Origin: Octopus vulgaris
Lineage: Eukaryota
DNA length: 64,000 bases
Assembly (NCBI GenBank): GCA_951406725.2
Contig: OX597833.1
Coordinates: 51,398,001 to 51,462,000, forward strand
Reading direction: 5' to 3'
The notes below the pieces were generated by a model. It was not told the origin of the DNA and searched no databases. It saw only the letters and a program-made list of their open reading frames with translations. Positions within the stretch are counted from its first letter, which is position 1; every line of letters starts with the position of its first letter. The position numbers were made by a program, and so were the translations under genes. Positions 30,002-43,150 of the stretch are shown here, one piece after another.

Positions 30002-30063
<62 letters not shown>
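28590..30063. repeat. Compound trinucleotide repeat field: (GTC),(GTT),(GGT),(AGT),(AGC),(AAT),(GAT)
   Basis: Direct reading. Confidence 0.95.
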
Positions 30064-30064
<1 letters not shown>

Positions 30065-30721
30065 TGTGGAGATGGACAAGAAACAATAAATCATATTATC
30101 TCTAGCTGCCCAGTCCTGGCTAAGAAGGAATATATTCACAGACATGACAGAGTTGGAACCTACATACATTGGAAGCTATGCCAACATTATGGAATAACAA
30201 CAGAAAAAAGATGGTATAGGCACACACCAGAAAAGGTCACAGAAAACGAGAAAGCAACCATACTCTGGGATATGCCGATACACACAGATAGAGAAATTAA
30301 GGCCAACAGACCAGATATAGTTGTCAGAGATCATGAAGAAAAAAATGCTTTCTAATTGATGTATCAATACCGGCAGATGACAACGTGTCTCTAAAAGAAA
30401 TGGAGAAACTCTCAAAATACAAAGACCTGGAAATAGAGGTAACTAGAATGTGGAACCTGAAAACAGAAACAATTCCTATCATAGTAGGTGCATTAGGCAT
30501 GATAAAAAAATATTCAGACAAATACATAACAAAAACACCAGGACTTACAAACACATATAACATACAGAAAATTGCACTACTAGGCACTGCACACATCCTA
30601 CGCAGAACACTTTCCATACAATAACCATCAGAGCATCACAACAAATCACAGCACATACCCAAGGCACACAGAGCTGCGCTCGGTAGTGAAGTGAAAGCAC
30701 GCTATAAAAATAAAACTACTG
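30063..30721 (+). mobile_element. R4/Dong-clade non-LTR retrotransposon 3' fragment (CCHC knuckle, restriction-like endonuclease, 3' UTR)
   Basis: CGDGQETINHIISSC...RHDRV...RPDIV...[frameshift ~30345]...IDVSIP...EKLSKYKDL...IVGALG; stop at 30622-30624; (AAT)n on both sides. Confidence 0.93.
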
Positions 30722-30821
30722 AATAATAATAATAATAGTACATTGTTTAGTCTTATCATGTACATTGTTTTGTCTTATCATGTACATTGTTTTGTCTTTA
30801 TCATGTACATTGTTTTGTCTT

Positions 30822-31316
30822 ATCATGTACATTGTTTTGTCTTGGTATAAAAGATGGGCTACAGCAAATATTCTGCTCAATACCACAGATTTGCTTGTCA
30901 GTTGTTTGACCTCAACCAGTTGAGCATGTCCCTTAGTGGCTGACGATATGTGCATCGCTGATCACGAGCAGAAGTAGTGCGGGAGCATCATAGCCATGTG
31001 TTGAGAGGGATTCTTTGGGGTTTGAATAATTCACCTCTGGAAACATGGGTGGTTTCTTTCAACATCCTTAAACAACCCTTATTCAGGAACCTTTTCAGTG
31101 GGATGGGTTACTCGATCAGAAGAAAATTCTAACTGGTCCCCTCCTGCAAGGTCATCTGCTGTTTATCTTGATATGAGATCACCATGTCACGCACATATGG
31201 TTGTTATGCATGTGCTAGTGTACCCTTATCAGACAGGTAGTCATGATGGATATACTGGGCTTCGTATATTTTACCTCAGTGTCACTTTGATGGCATGCAC
31301 TGCACTCTCACTCAAT
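30822..31316 (+). mobile_element. Non-coding ~500-bp retroposon X ending in (AAT)n
   Basis: Same sequence inverted at 57348-57850 and 59625-60150; shared 3' end CTCTCACTCAAT and variable 5' ends. Confidence 0.85.
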
Positions 31317-31323
31317 GATGATG

Positions 31324-31380
<57 letters not shown>

Positions 31381-31389
31381 GTAATAGTA

Positions 31390-31485
<96 letters not shown>

Positions 31486-31499
31486 GTTTCAAATTTTGT

Positions 31500-31655
31500 C
31501 ACAGAAGCACTCCAGTGTTCAACTGGTACTTATTTTATCGAACCCGAAAAGGATGAACGGCAAAGTCGACCTCGGCAGAATTTGAAATCACAACGCTAAA
31601 ACGAACAAAATGCCGTTAAACACACTTCGCCCAGCGTGCTAGCAATTCTGCCAGT
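31500..31655 (-). mobile_element. Degenerate SINE family A
   Basis: CTGGTACTTATTTTATCGAACCCGAAAAGGATGAA..CAAAGTCGACCTCGGC. Confidence 0.75.
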
Positions 31656-32049
31656 TAACCACCTCGATAGTAATAGCAACAACAATGACAATGACGATGA
31701 TGATGATGATGATGATGATGAGGAGGAGGAGGAGGAGGAGGAGGAGGAGGATGATGATGGTGATGGTGGTGGTGGTGGTGGTGGTGGTGGTGAGGAGGAG
31801 GAGGAAGTGGATGAGGAGAAATTAGATGAGGAGGCGAGGAGGAGGAGGAGGAGAGAGTGGAGGAGGTGTGGAGGAGGAGGAGTGGAGGAGGAGGAGGAGG
31901 AGGAGGAGGAGGAGGAGGAGGGTAGCTTCAAATTTTGTCGTAAGGCAAGAAATGACGCTAAGCATTTCACTCGCCGTACTAAACATTCTGCCAGCCCGCC
32001 ACCCTGTTTCCTTTCTAAAATGGAGAAATATCGAGCTGCAGAATCTAGA

Positions 32050-32355
32050 AAGACTAAGAAATTGCTCACAAGTCAGAACCCACGCCATTTTGAAAATAAT
32101 AACCTTAAAAGTAACGCCGATAGTTTCTACCTACCAAGAATAGTAGGTGGTAGAGAATTGCTAAACCCAGAAGACACCGTTAGTTCTGCCATACTGAGGT
32201 TGAGTAATTATTTTGTACGTAGAGAGGAGAGAAGAAAGAATACAATCGGCGGATTGAGATGTCCAAATAGTTACTGAAACAGAAGGAGAATTTATGTATA
32301 GGAAGAAGAACAACAGAACAAGCCTATGGATAAAAAAGGAATTACATGGCCAAAG
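32050..32355 (+). mobile_element. Decayed R4/Dong internal fragment
   Basis: KSNADSFYLPRIVGGRELL and WIKKELHGQ, matching the element at 59200-59450. Confidence 0.7.
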
Positions 32356-32416
32356 TATGCAACATAACCCCTCCCCTGATATTGCTGGTATTGTGCCAAA
32401 ATTTAAAACCAAGATA

Positions 32417-32829
32417 CTGTAATCCCTCGACTATCGCGGGTGTTACGTTCTAAAACACCGCGCGATTGGTAAAAATCCGCGAAGTAGAAACTGTACCGTA
32501 AAGTGTTGAACTAGGGACGGCTGATGAAGGGGATTTTTCCTTGTGTAGTTGTCTTGTACTCTGTTTTTTCGTTGTTAAAAAAATGGTCCGTTCCATGCTG
32601 TTTTTACGTTTTCGTTTCTCGTTGAGTTCTACGTCTATTTGTGGTGTCCTGTACACACGTATATATATTTATATATGCATGTATATATACATGTAGATGT
32701 AGGTACGTACATATATGTTTGTATGTATGCATATATTTTATTTATTACACTATTGTATGACTGAGCGCCCTCGCGTCGATTCGATTCGGTTCGGTTCGTT
32801 TCGTTTCGTTTCTTCTTCTTCTCTAAGCT

Positions 32830-32867
<38 letters not shown>

Positions 32868-33105
32868 CTTTTATAGTTTTTTTTCTTTTCTTTTACAAGT
32901 TTAAGTCATTTTTTACTGTGGCCAAGCTGGAGCACCTCCTTTAGTCGAGCAAATCGACCCTAGGACTTATTCTTTGTAAGCCTAGTACTTATTCTATCGG
33001 TATCTTTTGCCGAACTGCTAAGTTACGGAGACCTAAACACACCAGCATCGGCTGTCAAGCGATGTTGGGGGGACAAACACAGACACACAAACATATACAC
33101 ACACA

Positions 33106-33163
<58 letters not shown>

Positions 33164-33508
33164 TACGACGGACTTCTTTCAGTTTCCGTCTACCAAATAC
33201 ACTCACAAGGCTTTGGTCGGCCCGAGGCTATAGTAGAAGACACACATACCCAAAGTGCCACGCAGTGGGACTGAACCTGGAACCATGTGGTTCGTAAGCA
33301 AGCTACTTGCTACACAGCCACTTCTACACCTATGATAATGTATATATATATTTTTGATTACTTTTATAGTTTGCATATATTTATTTTATTATATTTGCTA
33401 AATAACACCACGGAGGAATGGACGTAAACTTAAAATTATAAACCGCAAAAGGTGAACCGCGATAGATGAAACGTGATAAGTGAACCGCGATATGGCGAGG
33501 GATTACTG
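32417..33508. mobile_element. Tigger/pogo-like MITE carrying nested insertions
   Basis: TA-CTGTAATCCCTCGACTATCGCGG ... CCGCGATATGGCGAGGGATTACTG-TA; uninterrupted left part at 45499. Confidence 0.85.
32865..33332 (-). mobile_element. SINE family B nested in the MITE
   Basis: Full-length family B sequence. Confidence 0.9.
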
Positions 33509-33524
33509 TATCTCTATATATTAA

Positions 33525-33725
33525 AGGCGGCGAACTGGCAGATTTGGTAGCTCACCTGGCAAATGCTTAGCGGTGTTTCGCCCGTCTTTATATTCTGAGT
33601 TCAAATACCGCCTAAGTCGACATTGCTGTTCATCGCTTCGGGATCGATTAAATAAGTACCAGTTGAGCATTGCGATCGATATAACCGACTTATTACCTCT
33701 CCCGAAATTGCTGGCCTTGTGCTAA
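33525..33725 (+). mobile_element. SINE family A (diverged)
   Basis: GGCGGCGAACTGGCAGA...GAGTTCAAATACCGCC. Confidence 0.8.
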
Positions 33726-34058
33726 ATTTAAGCCTAATATGCTTTTTATTTCATCGATATGGTCCCGTCAAAAACTATTATTCAATGATTCGTTAAAAGT
33801 TTACATTGCGCCAAGCTATTGCTTTATGGACATCAGATCATTTCTTGGCTGCCATGACGCTGTCACGTGGTATTCTATTCTCGCCTCGTTTTCTTTATTT
33901 TTTCTCTTACTCCTCGTCATTTTCGTTTCCTTCATCTTCTACTCCTCCTTCTTTCACATCTTTTCGTCTCCTTTCTCCATCTTTTTTTTTTTGTTGCTGT
34001 TCTTCCTCGACTATTATAACTACTACTACTGTTGCTGTTGTTGCTGTTGCTGCTGCAG

Positions 34059-34098
<40 letters not shown>

Positions 34099-34374
34099 CA
34101 TTGTTGCTGCTGCTATTACTGCTACTACATCACCATCATCACCATAATCGTCATATTGTTATCATCACCATCATTCTCATCAGAACCGCCTTCACCAGTG
34201 TTCATCATCTTCTTCTTCTTCTTCTTCTTCTTCTTCTTCTTCTTCTTCTTCTTCTTCTTCTGCTTTTGCTTCTACTTCTTCTTCTTCTTCTTTTTGTACT
34301 ACTACTACTACTACCACTACTTCCACTACTACCACTACTTCCACTACTACCACTACAACTACTACTACTACTAC

Positions 34375-34431
<57 letters not shown>

Positions 34432-34475
34432 TAGTAGTAGTAGTAGTAGTAGCAGCAACAACAACAGGAGGAGTT

Positions 34476-34510
<35 letters not shown>

Positions 34511-34579
34511 TGATCTCTTAACTCGCATCTCCTGATCGGATTCTCATAAAAGCGTACATACACATGTACATTTAAAGAT

Positions 34580-34610
<31 letters not shown>

Positions 34611-35105
34611 AACAAACACAACTACATACACACACACACACATACAAACAAACAAGCAAACAAATAAACAAATAAACAAAAAAAACAAACAATAAATATG
34701 CAAGAAAAACATAACTGCCCCATTTCCGGCATGACATCGAACCATTTTGCTAGAAGCTTTGTCATATAACAACGTGAACCTCCTTGAAATAAAAGGGAGA
34801 GGAGTTGATTTGCGCACTTGTTATCTTAGTTGAGACTACATAAACAAACCCAAGGCCATGTCTGGGCCTTCATTTACTAGCGCCGAAGGCAGCAGAAGCT
34901 CAATGCAGCGCTACGCAAGCCAGTAAAAGCACAACGGAACAAACACGCACACATACTTACATACATGTACGCACACACACACACACAAACAAATCTATCC
35001 ATATAGCTAAAGCGAGTGATAGTGTGTGTTCAAATATATATATACATACACACATATATGTATACATATATATATATTATATATATATATGTATATATAT
35101 ATATC

Positions 35106-35144
<39 letters not shown>

Positions 35145-35151
35145 ATATAAG

Positions 35152-35195
<44 letters not shown>

Positions 35196-35804
35196 CACAT
35201 GCACAAATTTATCCATGTATGTAAAGCGATGGACAGTGTGTGTGTGTATATATATATACACATGTATTTATGTATGTATATATATGTATGTATATTTGTA
35301 TATGTACATTTATACACACGCACACACATATACAAACATACACATTCAGTGTTATATACGTTTGCACGTGTGCGTCTCTGTGTGTATACATGCATGTATG
35401 TATGTATGTATGCATGTATGTATGTATGTATATATGTATGTATGTATGCATGCATGTATGTATGTATGTATGTATGTATGTATGTACGTACGTATGATCA
35501 TGTATACAAGCAGGCCATTTGGAGAAAATAACTAGAACGCGAAGTTTACTAAACGCGGATCAGGAATATCCGATCTGATGGGGGTGGGATGTGTTTAATG
35601 GAAACCGTTTCAACCTCCACCTCGGACAATTTTTTATGGAATAATAGAAACCGAAATAACTGAAGGAACAAGCAAATGGTAAAATAAATAAGGTATAATA
35701 AGATGGACTATTTTGCAGTGGTTTGCATACGTTGTGTACATGAAGACACCATTGCATCGGCCATGTTTAAACGTAGATTAGCGAAGTATAGATAAATATA
35801 TTTC

Positions 35805-36027
35805 CTCTTTTACTCTTTACTCTTTTTACTTGTTTCAGTCATTTGACTGCGGCCATGCTGGAGCACCGTCTTTAGTCGAGCAAATCGACCCCCCGGGACT
35901 TATTCTTTGGAAGCCTAGTACTTATTCTATCGGTTCTCTTTTGTCGAACCGCTAAGTTACGGGGACGTAAACACACCAGCATCGGGGGGGACAAACATAA
36001 ACATACACACACACACACACACACATA

Positions 36028-36076
<49 letters not shown>

Positions 36077-36260
36077 CATATATATATACATATATACGAC
36101 GGGCTTCTTTCAGTTTCCGTCTACCAAATCCACTCACAAGCTTTTGGTCAACCCGAGGCTATAGTAGAAGACACTTGCCAAAGGTGCCACGCAGTGGGAA
36201 TGAACCCGGAACCATGTGGTTGGGAAGCAAGCTACTTACCACGCAGCCATTCATGCGCCT
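35805..36260 (-). mobile_element. SINE family B
   Basis: Full-length with (TTTTACTC)n end. Confidence 0.9.
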
Positions 36261-36703
36261 GTTTATTAAATTTACAAACAACTTCTATACAGTTAAGTGA
36301 TATGATTTAAATATTCATACGCACATACACATACATAAAACTTCCAAGCGCAAACTTAACAGTTCTGATACAGTTATTTGCGATAGATAAAAGGAAAACT
36401 TCGAATCTAGTTACAGAGGTTATCTTTCCTGCCCATGTGAACGTTTGTTATGAAACCAGGGAGAACGAGAATATCTATGGAAATCTGTTCGGAAACCTGA
36501 GCTCCTTTAAACTAACTATGAATTTACATTTATACCGGTAATTGTTGCACTTGGTTATTGTAATAAATAATTTAGTCACGATGTGTAGAAACTCGGAGTT
36601 TCAAACAACAAAAAATATTCTCATTTACTCTTTTATTTGTTTCAGTAATTTGACTGCGGACATGCTGGAGCATCGCCTTTAGTATATCTATATCTATATA
36701 TCT

Positions 36704-36756
<53 letters not shown>

Positions 36757-36761
<5 letters not shown>

Positions 36762-37440
36762 AATTGAGATAGGGGTCGTAAATGCAACCCTCTATGGGAT
36801 AACATATATCCAATATACTGCTAGTGAAGTACCCAACAAAGTTAATACATAAATGTTAATGATTGCGATGCAATCAATTCATTTACTGTATTATATGGGC
36901 AAAGGTAAAATGATTTACCACAAATTACTAATACAAGATAAGAAAATGGAGAAATACATCTAAATCAAATATCAATTACCAGATAATACTCAATCACATA
37001 CTTTATTAAACCACCACATAAGAGACTGTAGGGTTAAATATGAAAAGCAGAACAAATCAGTGTACATAAAGGAATGTACATAAAAAAGTGTACATAAAAG
37101 AGTAATGTTGTATAATAAGTAGAATATATATAAAAAAGAATATAAATACAAGTAAATATAAATATAAGTATAAATTAGATCTTACAGCTGTTTCGGCCAT
37201 GTAGATAGTTATGTCTCATTTTACCAATATTAGCCCTTTATGGTTGGTCAATATATAGATATAAATGAGACATTAACAAAAATATCACAAGGCCTCTTCG
37301 GAGATTATGTAATATAACACAGTCTACACATATACCCACATGGGTGTGGGTGCGTACCCACAATACAACATATATATAAATACATATGAGTGCATATACT
37401 CACACTCCTAGATGTATTTCTCCATTTTCTTATCTTGTAT
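36757..37440 (-). mobile_element. Putative Penelope-like pLTR fragment with a hammerhead and a 32-bp inverted terminal copy
   Basis: Perfect inverted repeat 36931-36962 / 37409-37440 around the hammerhead; starts at a (TA)n tract. The left boundary is approximate. Confidence 0.6.
37179..37305 (-). ncRNA. Type-I hammerhead ribozyme motif, CCGAAGA core, ~100-nt stem II
   Basis: AUCU-CCGAAGA-GGCC...AUGUCUCAUUU...AAAUGAGACAU...GGCC-GAAA-CAGCUG-UA^AGAU. Confidence 0.8.
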
Positions 37441-37777
37441 ACATATATATATAGTTATATTTCTGATGTCTTTAGGCAGGCAGTCGAACAATTGCAGACC
37501 TCTAAATATCAGTTTGGTATACTAGAGTAGTTTTGCTCGTGATAGCGAAGATGGTACCTACGTACGTCCGTTCATACATGCATGCATATATACCTTCATG
37601 GATGCATACATATACTTACACATACACACTCACAAGCGTTCACTCATATATACATACGTACTTACATACATACATACATTATGATTTCCCTTGTCAGTTG
37701 ATAACCGTATTCACATTCAATACCTGTGAGACATCTGTACGTCATTTGATTTTAGTGACAAAATCTTGTACAACAAT

Positions 37778-37827
<50 letters not shown>

Positions 37828-37859
37828 CTCTCTCTTTCGGTCACTATGGTAGGTGAGTA

Positions 37860-38312
37860 ATTGAAATCAATTATGGAATTCCCGTGGGAGTCTGATTTTT
37901 TGCAGTGGAACGAACAATCTGGGGATGGTTCGAGTTTATCAGGTCTCAGCGACATATACGCTAAAAATAATTGAAATCAAATATAGAATTGTTGTGTGGA
38001 CGCCCCCAGACGATGAAGTAGACTAGCCCAATACGTATAGAGGGAGAAGTCTAGACGTCGAGAGAACTGAGTTGAGAAGAGTTGAGTTGAGTAAAGGTCA
38101 TCCGAACGTGCAACATAACAAGAATTCATGTAGGAGTCTTCTGTTGCGGTGCAATGAAAATTCCTGGTATGGTTCAAATTTATTAAGCCTTATTAGCGAA
38201 GTTTAGTTGAAATCCTATATGGAATACACGTGGGAGTCAGATCTTTTAGAGTGCAACGAAAGATCGGGGAATGTTTCGTACTTATTAGGTCTCATTAGCG
38301 AAGCATATTCTA
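37860..38312. repeat. Diverged ~100-bp direct repeats (about 3 copies)
   Basis: GAAATC..TATGGAAT.C.CGTGGGAGTC.GAT.TTT...GTG.AACGAA at 37863 and 38209; weaker copy ~38120-38200. Confidence 0.6.
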
Positions 38313-38455
38313 ACCTCGATTTCTAGATATTAAAGTGAATTGACTGATATATAGGGAATGACTGTTGCAATACCTGCCACTTTTAGTTGGGTATCACTTT
38401 ATTACTGGAGCACACACTGTTTTAAGACTAACATTTAATTCATAAATGTGTGTGT

Positions 38456-38499
<44 letters not shown>

Positions 38500-39610
38500 A
38501 TTGAAAAACTATGAATATATATATATATATCCATGACAGGTAGGAAACGTTGAACGCTTTGGTTTGAATTAAACTTTATGAACTTATTAACGTTTAACTA
38601 TACTATGAATTATGTATTTTTCTTTAATATGGGACTTGATGTCTTCAAAATGTACGACTTCGACATGTGGTCTCTTATTTAAAAACATGGTTTTATTTGA
38701 GAAAGATTTGATAGCTACATTAAGCAACTCAAGCGACGAAGTGGAAGCTTCTCTTTTGGCTTTTTTTTAAACCGAGAATGTTGTTTCTCGGAGGTAATTA
38801 TCCGTAGAAAGATAATTTAAAAATAAGGCAATAATCTAGTGAAACATGCAGCACTCATTGGAAACTTTCAACAGAATAGAACAATCACACTGAGAAATGG
38901 CCGCTTCAAGTCTCAAATATCTTAACTTGGAATCTGTTTGAGCTTTCGAGCAGTGATACTGACAGTTTAGTGGGGTTTATATAACCCCTGTAGGGTTTAT
39001 GCCTCGTTAAGTTTTAAGAACCTTGACACAAGGAGTTGAGTATGAGTTTCGTTGCAGCCAGCTTTGATTCCACCAGTGGGACTTAAGCTTGTTGACCTTT
39101 GTGATCTGAACACCTAATTTAGGGGAAAAGCGAAAATGATAGAATGATATTTAGTAATGAAAGAAAGAAAGAATGAATGAAAGAATGAAAGTAAATGGAG
39201 GTAAGGAATAATAATATATGACATTTTAGAGGATAGTAACTGATAATCATGTACTTAAGAAGAAGCGAAAGAACCAAACTTAGAATAGAAGAAAGTAATA
39301 AAGTCAACAACGAACGGTAATTGGTCTAATTCTGCGATGTAATTGACATTATTATGACAAAATTTATATAGTGCAATAGAACACGGTAAAGCACCAGAAA
39401 TTCACAAAATATAATTGTCTGCCGAGAGTATATGTTCCAACAAACCCGTACTTTACATTTAAAATTTTACAGACCAGTATATAAACCCCAACACATATTT
39501 CTATAGTCATACACAACCATACTTTGACACGCATATTCATGTAGATGCACACCCATACATACATGGAATTTCATATACAGAACAGTTATATGATTTTCAA
39601 ACGGATAGAT

Positions 39611-40248
39611 TGGCGGCGAGCTGGCAGAAACGTTAGTACGCCGGACGAAATGCTTAGCGGTATTTCGTCTGCTAACGTTTCTGCCAGCGGCCGCCTTTAG
39701 CAGACGAAATACCGCGGACAAAATGCTTAGCGGTATTTCGTCTGCCAAAGGCTGCGAGCTGCCAGAACGTTAGCACGCCGGGCGAAATACGTAGCCGTAT
39801 TTCGTCTGCCGCTACGTTCTGAGTTCAAATTCCGCCGAGGTTGACTTTGCCTTTCATCCTTTCGGGGTCGATAAATAAAGTACCAGTTATGCACTGGGGT
39901 CGATGTAGTTGACTTAATCCCTTTGTTTGTCTCCTCTATGTTTAGCCCCTTGTGGGCAATAAAGAAATATATAACATAAAGGCGGCGAGCTGGCAGAACA
40001 TTAGCACGCCGGGCGAAATACGTAGCCGTATTTCGTCTGCCGCTACGTTCTGAGTTCAAATTCCGCCGAGGTCGACTTTCCCTTTCATCCTTTCGGGGTC
40101 GATAAATTAAGTACCAGTTACGCACTGGGGTCGATGTAATCGACTTAATACCTATGTCTGTTTTTGTTTGTCCCCTCTATGTTTAGCCCCTTGTGGGTAA
40201 TAACGAAATCGGTATTTCGTCTGCCACTGCGTTCTGAGTTCAAATTCC
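39611..40248 (+). mobile_element. Cluster/array of SINE family A
   Basis: Heads at ~39612, 39749 and 39981 plus a partial unit at 40211. Confidence 0.9.
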
Positions 40249-40508
40249 GTTCGGGATGTGGCTGGACGGCCATTTCTTCTTGCATTGTTCACATAGCTCG
40301 TGGTCATCATCTTTGCATGACAACTTTTTATTGTCTCCTGACGAAGTGTTGCATGCTTACCTTTCCATGCACAACACCATCTCTGAAACAAAATGGAATT
40401 CCTCGCATGCTAGTTTAACCATAACGATGCTGTTAACTTGAGACAGCATCAGTGAAGGATGTACTGTAGGACAGGGAACAATGGTCATGCATTATTGTAA
40501 AGTTCAAT

Positions 40509-40717
40509 AGGCGAGCTGGCAGAACCGTTAGCACGCCGGGCGAAATGCGTAGCCGTATTTCGTCTGCCGTTACGTTCTGAGTTCAAATTCCGCCGAGGTC
40601 GACTTTACCTTTCATCCTTTCGGGGTCGATAAATTAAGTACCAGTTACGCACTGGGGTCGATATCTGTCCTTGTTTGTCCCCTCTGTGTTTAGCCCCTCG
40701 TGGGTAGTAAAGAAATA
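40509..40717 (+). mobile_element. SINE family A (tail type 2) with an 18-bp target-site duplication
   Basis: ATTATTGTAAAGTTCA occurs on both sides (40491 and ~40718). Confidence 0.88.
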
Positions 40718-40729
40718 ATTATTGTAAAG

Positions 40730-40970
40730 TTCAGCTGACCAGTGGATGGGGATGTACAATCAAAAGTACAAGAAGAAATATTTATGGCGAATTAATGCGG
40801 AACTAATAACATTTGAACCCTGACTATGAATTCTCACTTATACCTATCATCATAGGTGCATTAGGTTATGTACCCACAAATTTGCTGAAAAATCTAGAAA
40901 TACTCGGTTTTACGGAAAAAAGAGCAACAGAAATAATATATTAGTGATAAGGTGAACATTTGTAAGACAT
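40730..40970 (+). mobile_element. Decayed RLE-domain C-terminus of a non-LTR retrotransposon
   Basis: IYGELMR...LIPIIIGALGYVPTNLLKNLEILG with stops. Confidence 0.55.
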
Positions 40971-41024
40971 TCCGAAAAATCTCCATGTAAGATTCTTACG
41001 TAAATAAATACATACACCTGGGTG

Positions 41025-41271
41025 TACTCTTTTACTCTTTTACTTGTTTCAGTCGTTTCACTGTGGCCATGCTGGAGCAACGCCTTTAGTCGAGCAAATC
41101 GACTCCAGGACTTATTATTTTGCAAGCCAAGTACTTATTCTATCGGTCATTTTTGCCGAACCGCTAAGTTACGCGGACGTAAACACACCAGCATCGGTTG
41201 TCAAGCGATGTTGGGGCGACAAACACAGACACACAAACACACACACACACAATACACACACACACACACAT

Positions 41272-41329
<58 letters not shown>

Positions 41330-41514
41330 GACGAGTTTCTTTCAGTTTCCGTCTACCAAATCCACTCACAAGGCTTTGGTCGGCCCGAGGCTATAGTAGA
41401 AGACACTTGCCCAAAGTAGAAGACACTTGCCCCATTGTGCCACACAATGGGAATGAACCCGGAACCATGTGGTTTGTCAGCAAGCTACTTACCACACAGC
41501 CACTCCTACACCTA
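41025..41514 (-). mobile_element. SINE family B
   Basis: Full-length; AGTAGAAGACACTTGCCC is duplicated. Confidence 0.9.
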
Positions 41515-41912
41515 TAAATTAAATTAAATTCAGTCTACAAAAAAAAATAGAAAGAGAGAAAGAAAAACGGACAAATATAAACACTAATATTGAACTGTAA
41601 CCAGATTTTCTTTTAATTTGGATTTGTAAAGTACGGACAAGCATACTGGTACAAAGAACAGGGTTCGAAACCGTCGCAACTATCCAGGAATTTGTTGGTA
41701 TCATCGCCCCTCGTTCCAGTGACATTTTAACTCAACACTTGCCATCATAACAGAGACACATGTTTTATTTCACGGATTTCATGCTAGAAGGTATTTTCTT
41801 TTACCTCAACAAAACCTGTTATTCTAATTAGTGACGCGCGCGAACATTATACAGACACATAATATATACTTCGCTCTGTCTCTGACTCTGTCTGTCTGTC
41901 TCAAAGTCTCTT

Positions 41913-41956
<44 letters not shown>

Positions 41957-42000
41957 ACATATATATATATTTATATATATATACATATGTTGTATGTGTG

Positions 42001-42042
<42 letters not shown>

Positions 42043-42210
42043 GTGTGTGTGTGTGTGTGTGTGTATGTTTGTGTAATATATATAAATGTATATATATATA
42101 TGTTTGTATGTATATATATATACATGCATACACACATATATACATACATACGTAGATATATTTATGAGTATATACATATATGCATATATTTACAATATAC
42201 ATATCTGTAT

Positions 42211-42244
<34 letters not shown>

Positions 42245-42399
42245 ACATGAATACATATATAAACATATATATATGCACACACATATATATATATATATAA
42301 ACACACATACACGCATACGTACATACATACATACATACATATATGCATACATACATACATGCATACATACATACATACATACATACATACATACATACA

Positions 42400-42430
<31 letters not shown>

Positions 42431-43150
42431 GCATACATAAAGAAAATGGAGTCAAGATATCAAGTAAGTATTTCTGCAACAACAATAAACAAACAACACA
42501 GATTAGTTGTGTTGACGAACCGTGTGTACCACACCGCATACCGTCCTGTCATAGATTTTGATGGCTTCGTTCAATGGACTAGATAATATGTTTACATTCA
42601 CTGTTGTTTTTAACCGGCAAGTATATTCGTAAACCTCACCCGAAGCTAGCATCTATGCGTGTACCTTAAGAGAAAGACAGAAGCGTACATCAGCGGAGTT
42701 GTGTACATGTGCATGAGGTGGAGACGACGGTGGAAGGTTGAAGGTAGGAAGGGCTGTGACAGCGGCGTTTTGATGAATAAACAAACATGTAAGCTAGTTG
42801 AATAACCATGACGTCTCAATGAGTATTGAAGAGGTGGAAAAATAGCGATAGTGTCACCTACAGCAGTACGAACTACAACAACGACAACAATAACAGTATC
42901 GTTGTCTGGTGTATCTTGCAATAGTGACACCATCCAGAACGTCTTGGTATATATATAAGAACAGCGTTACTATACACAAATAAGCGTAAACATACAATAT
43001 ATTCAATCTGTAGAATTTCACCATTATGTGCAGTTTCCTTTTGCGATGTGATGGCTTGTGTGCCACAATGGTCTTAAGAACAATGCCAGCTGCGTGTGCC
43101 AAGTGGCTTTACTCAACGTGCTTTAGCTTCGTTACTATAGCAACAGTCCG

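Noticed and set aside
30940-30980. CUGACGA in retroposon X as a ribozyme
   Set aside because: No GAAA-stem III-UH downstream in any copy.
32521-32550. CUGAUGA plus hairpin as a complete hammerhead
   Set aside because: No GAAA or stem III follows.
28600-34540. Poly-amino-acid ORFs (poly-S/T/N/E/L)
   Set aside because: Trinucleotide microsatellites open in multiple frames.
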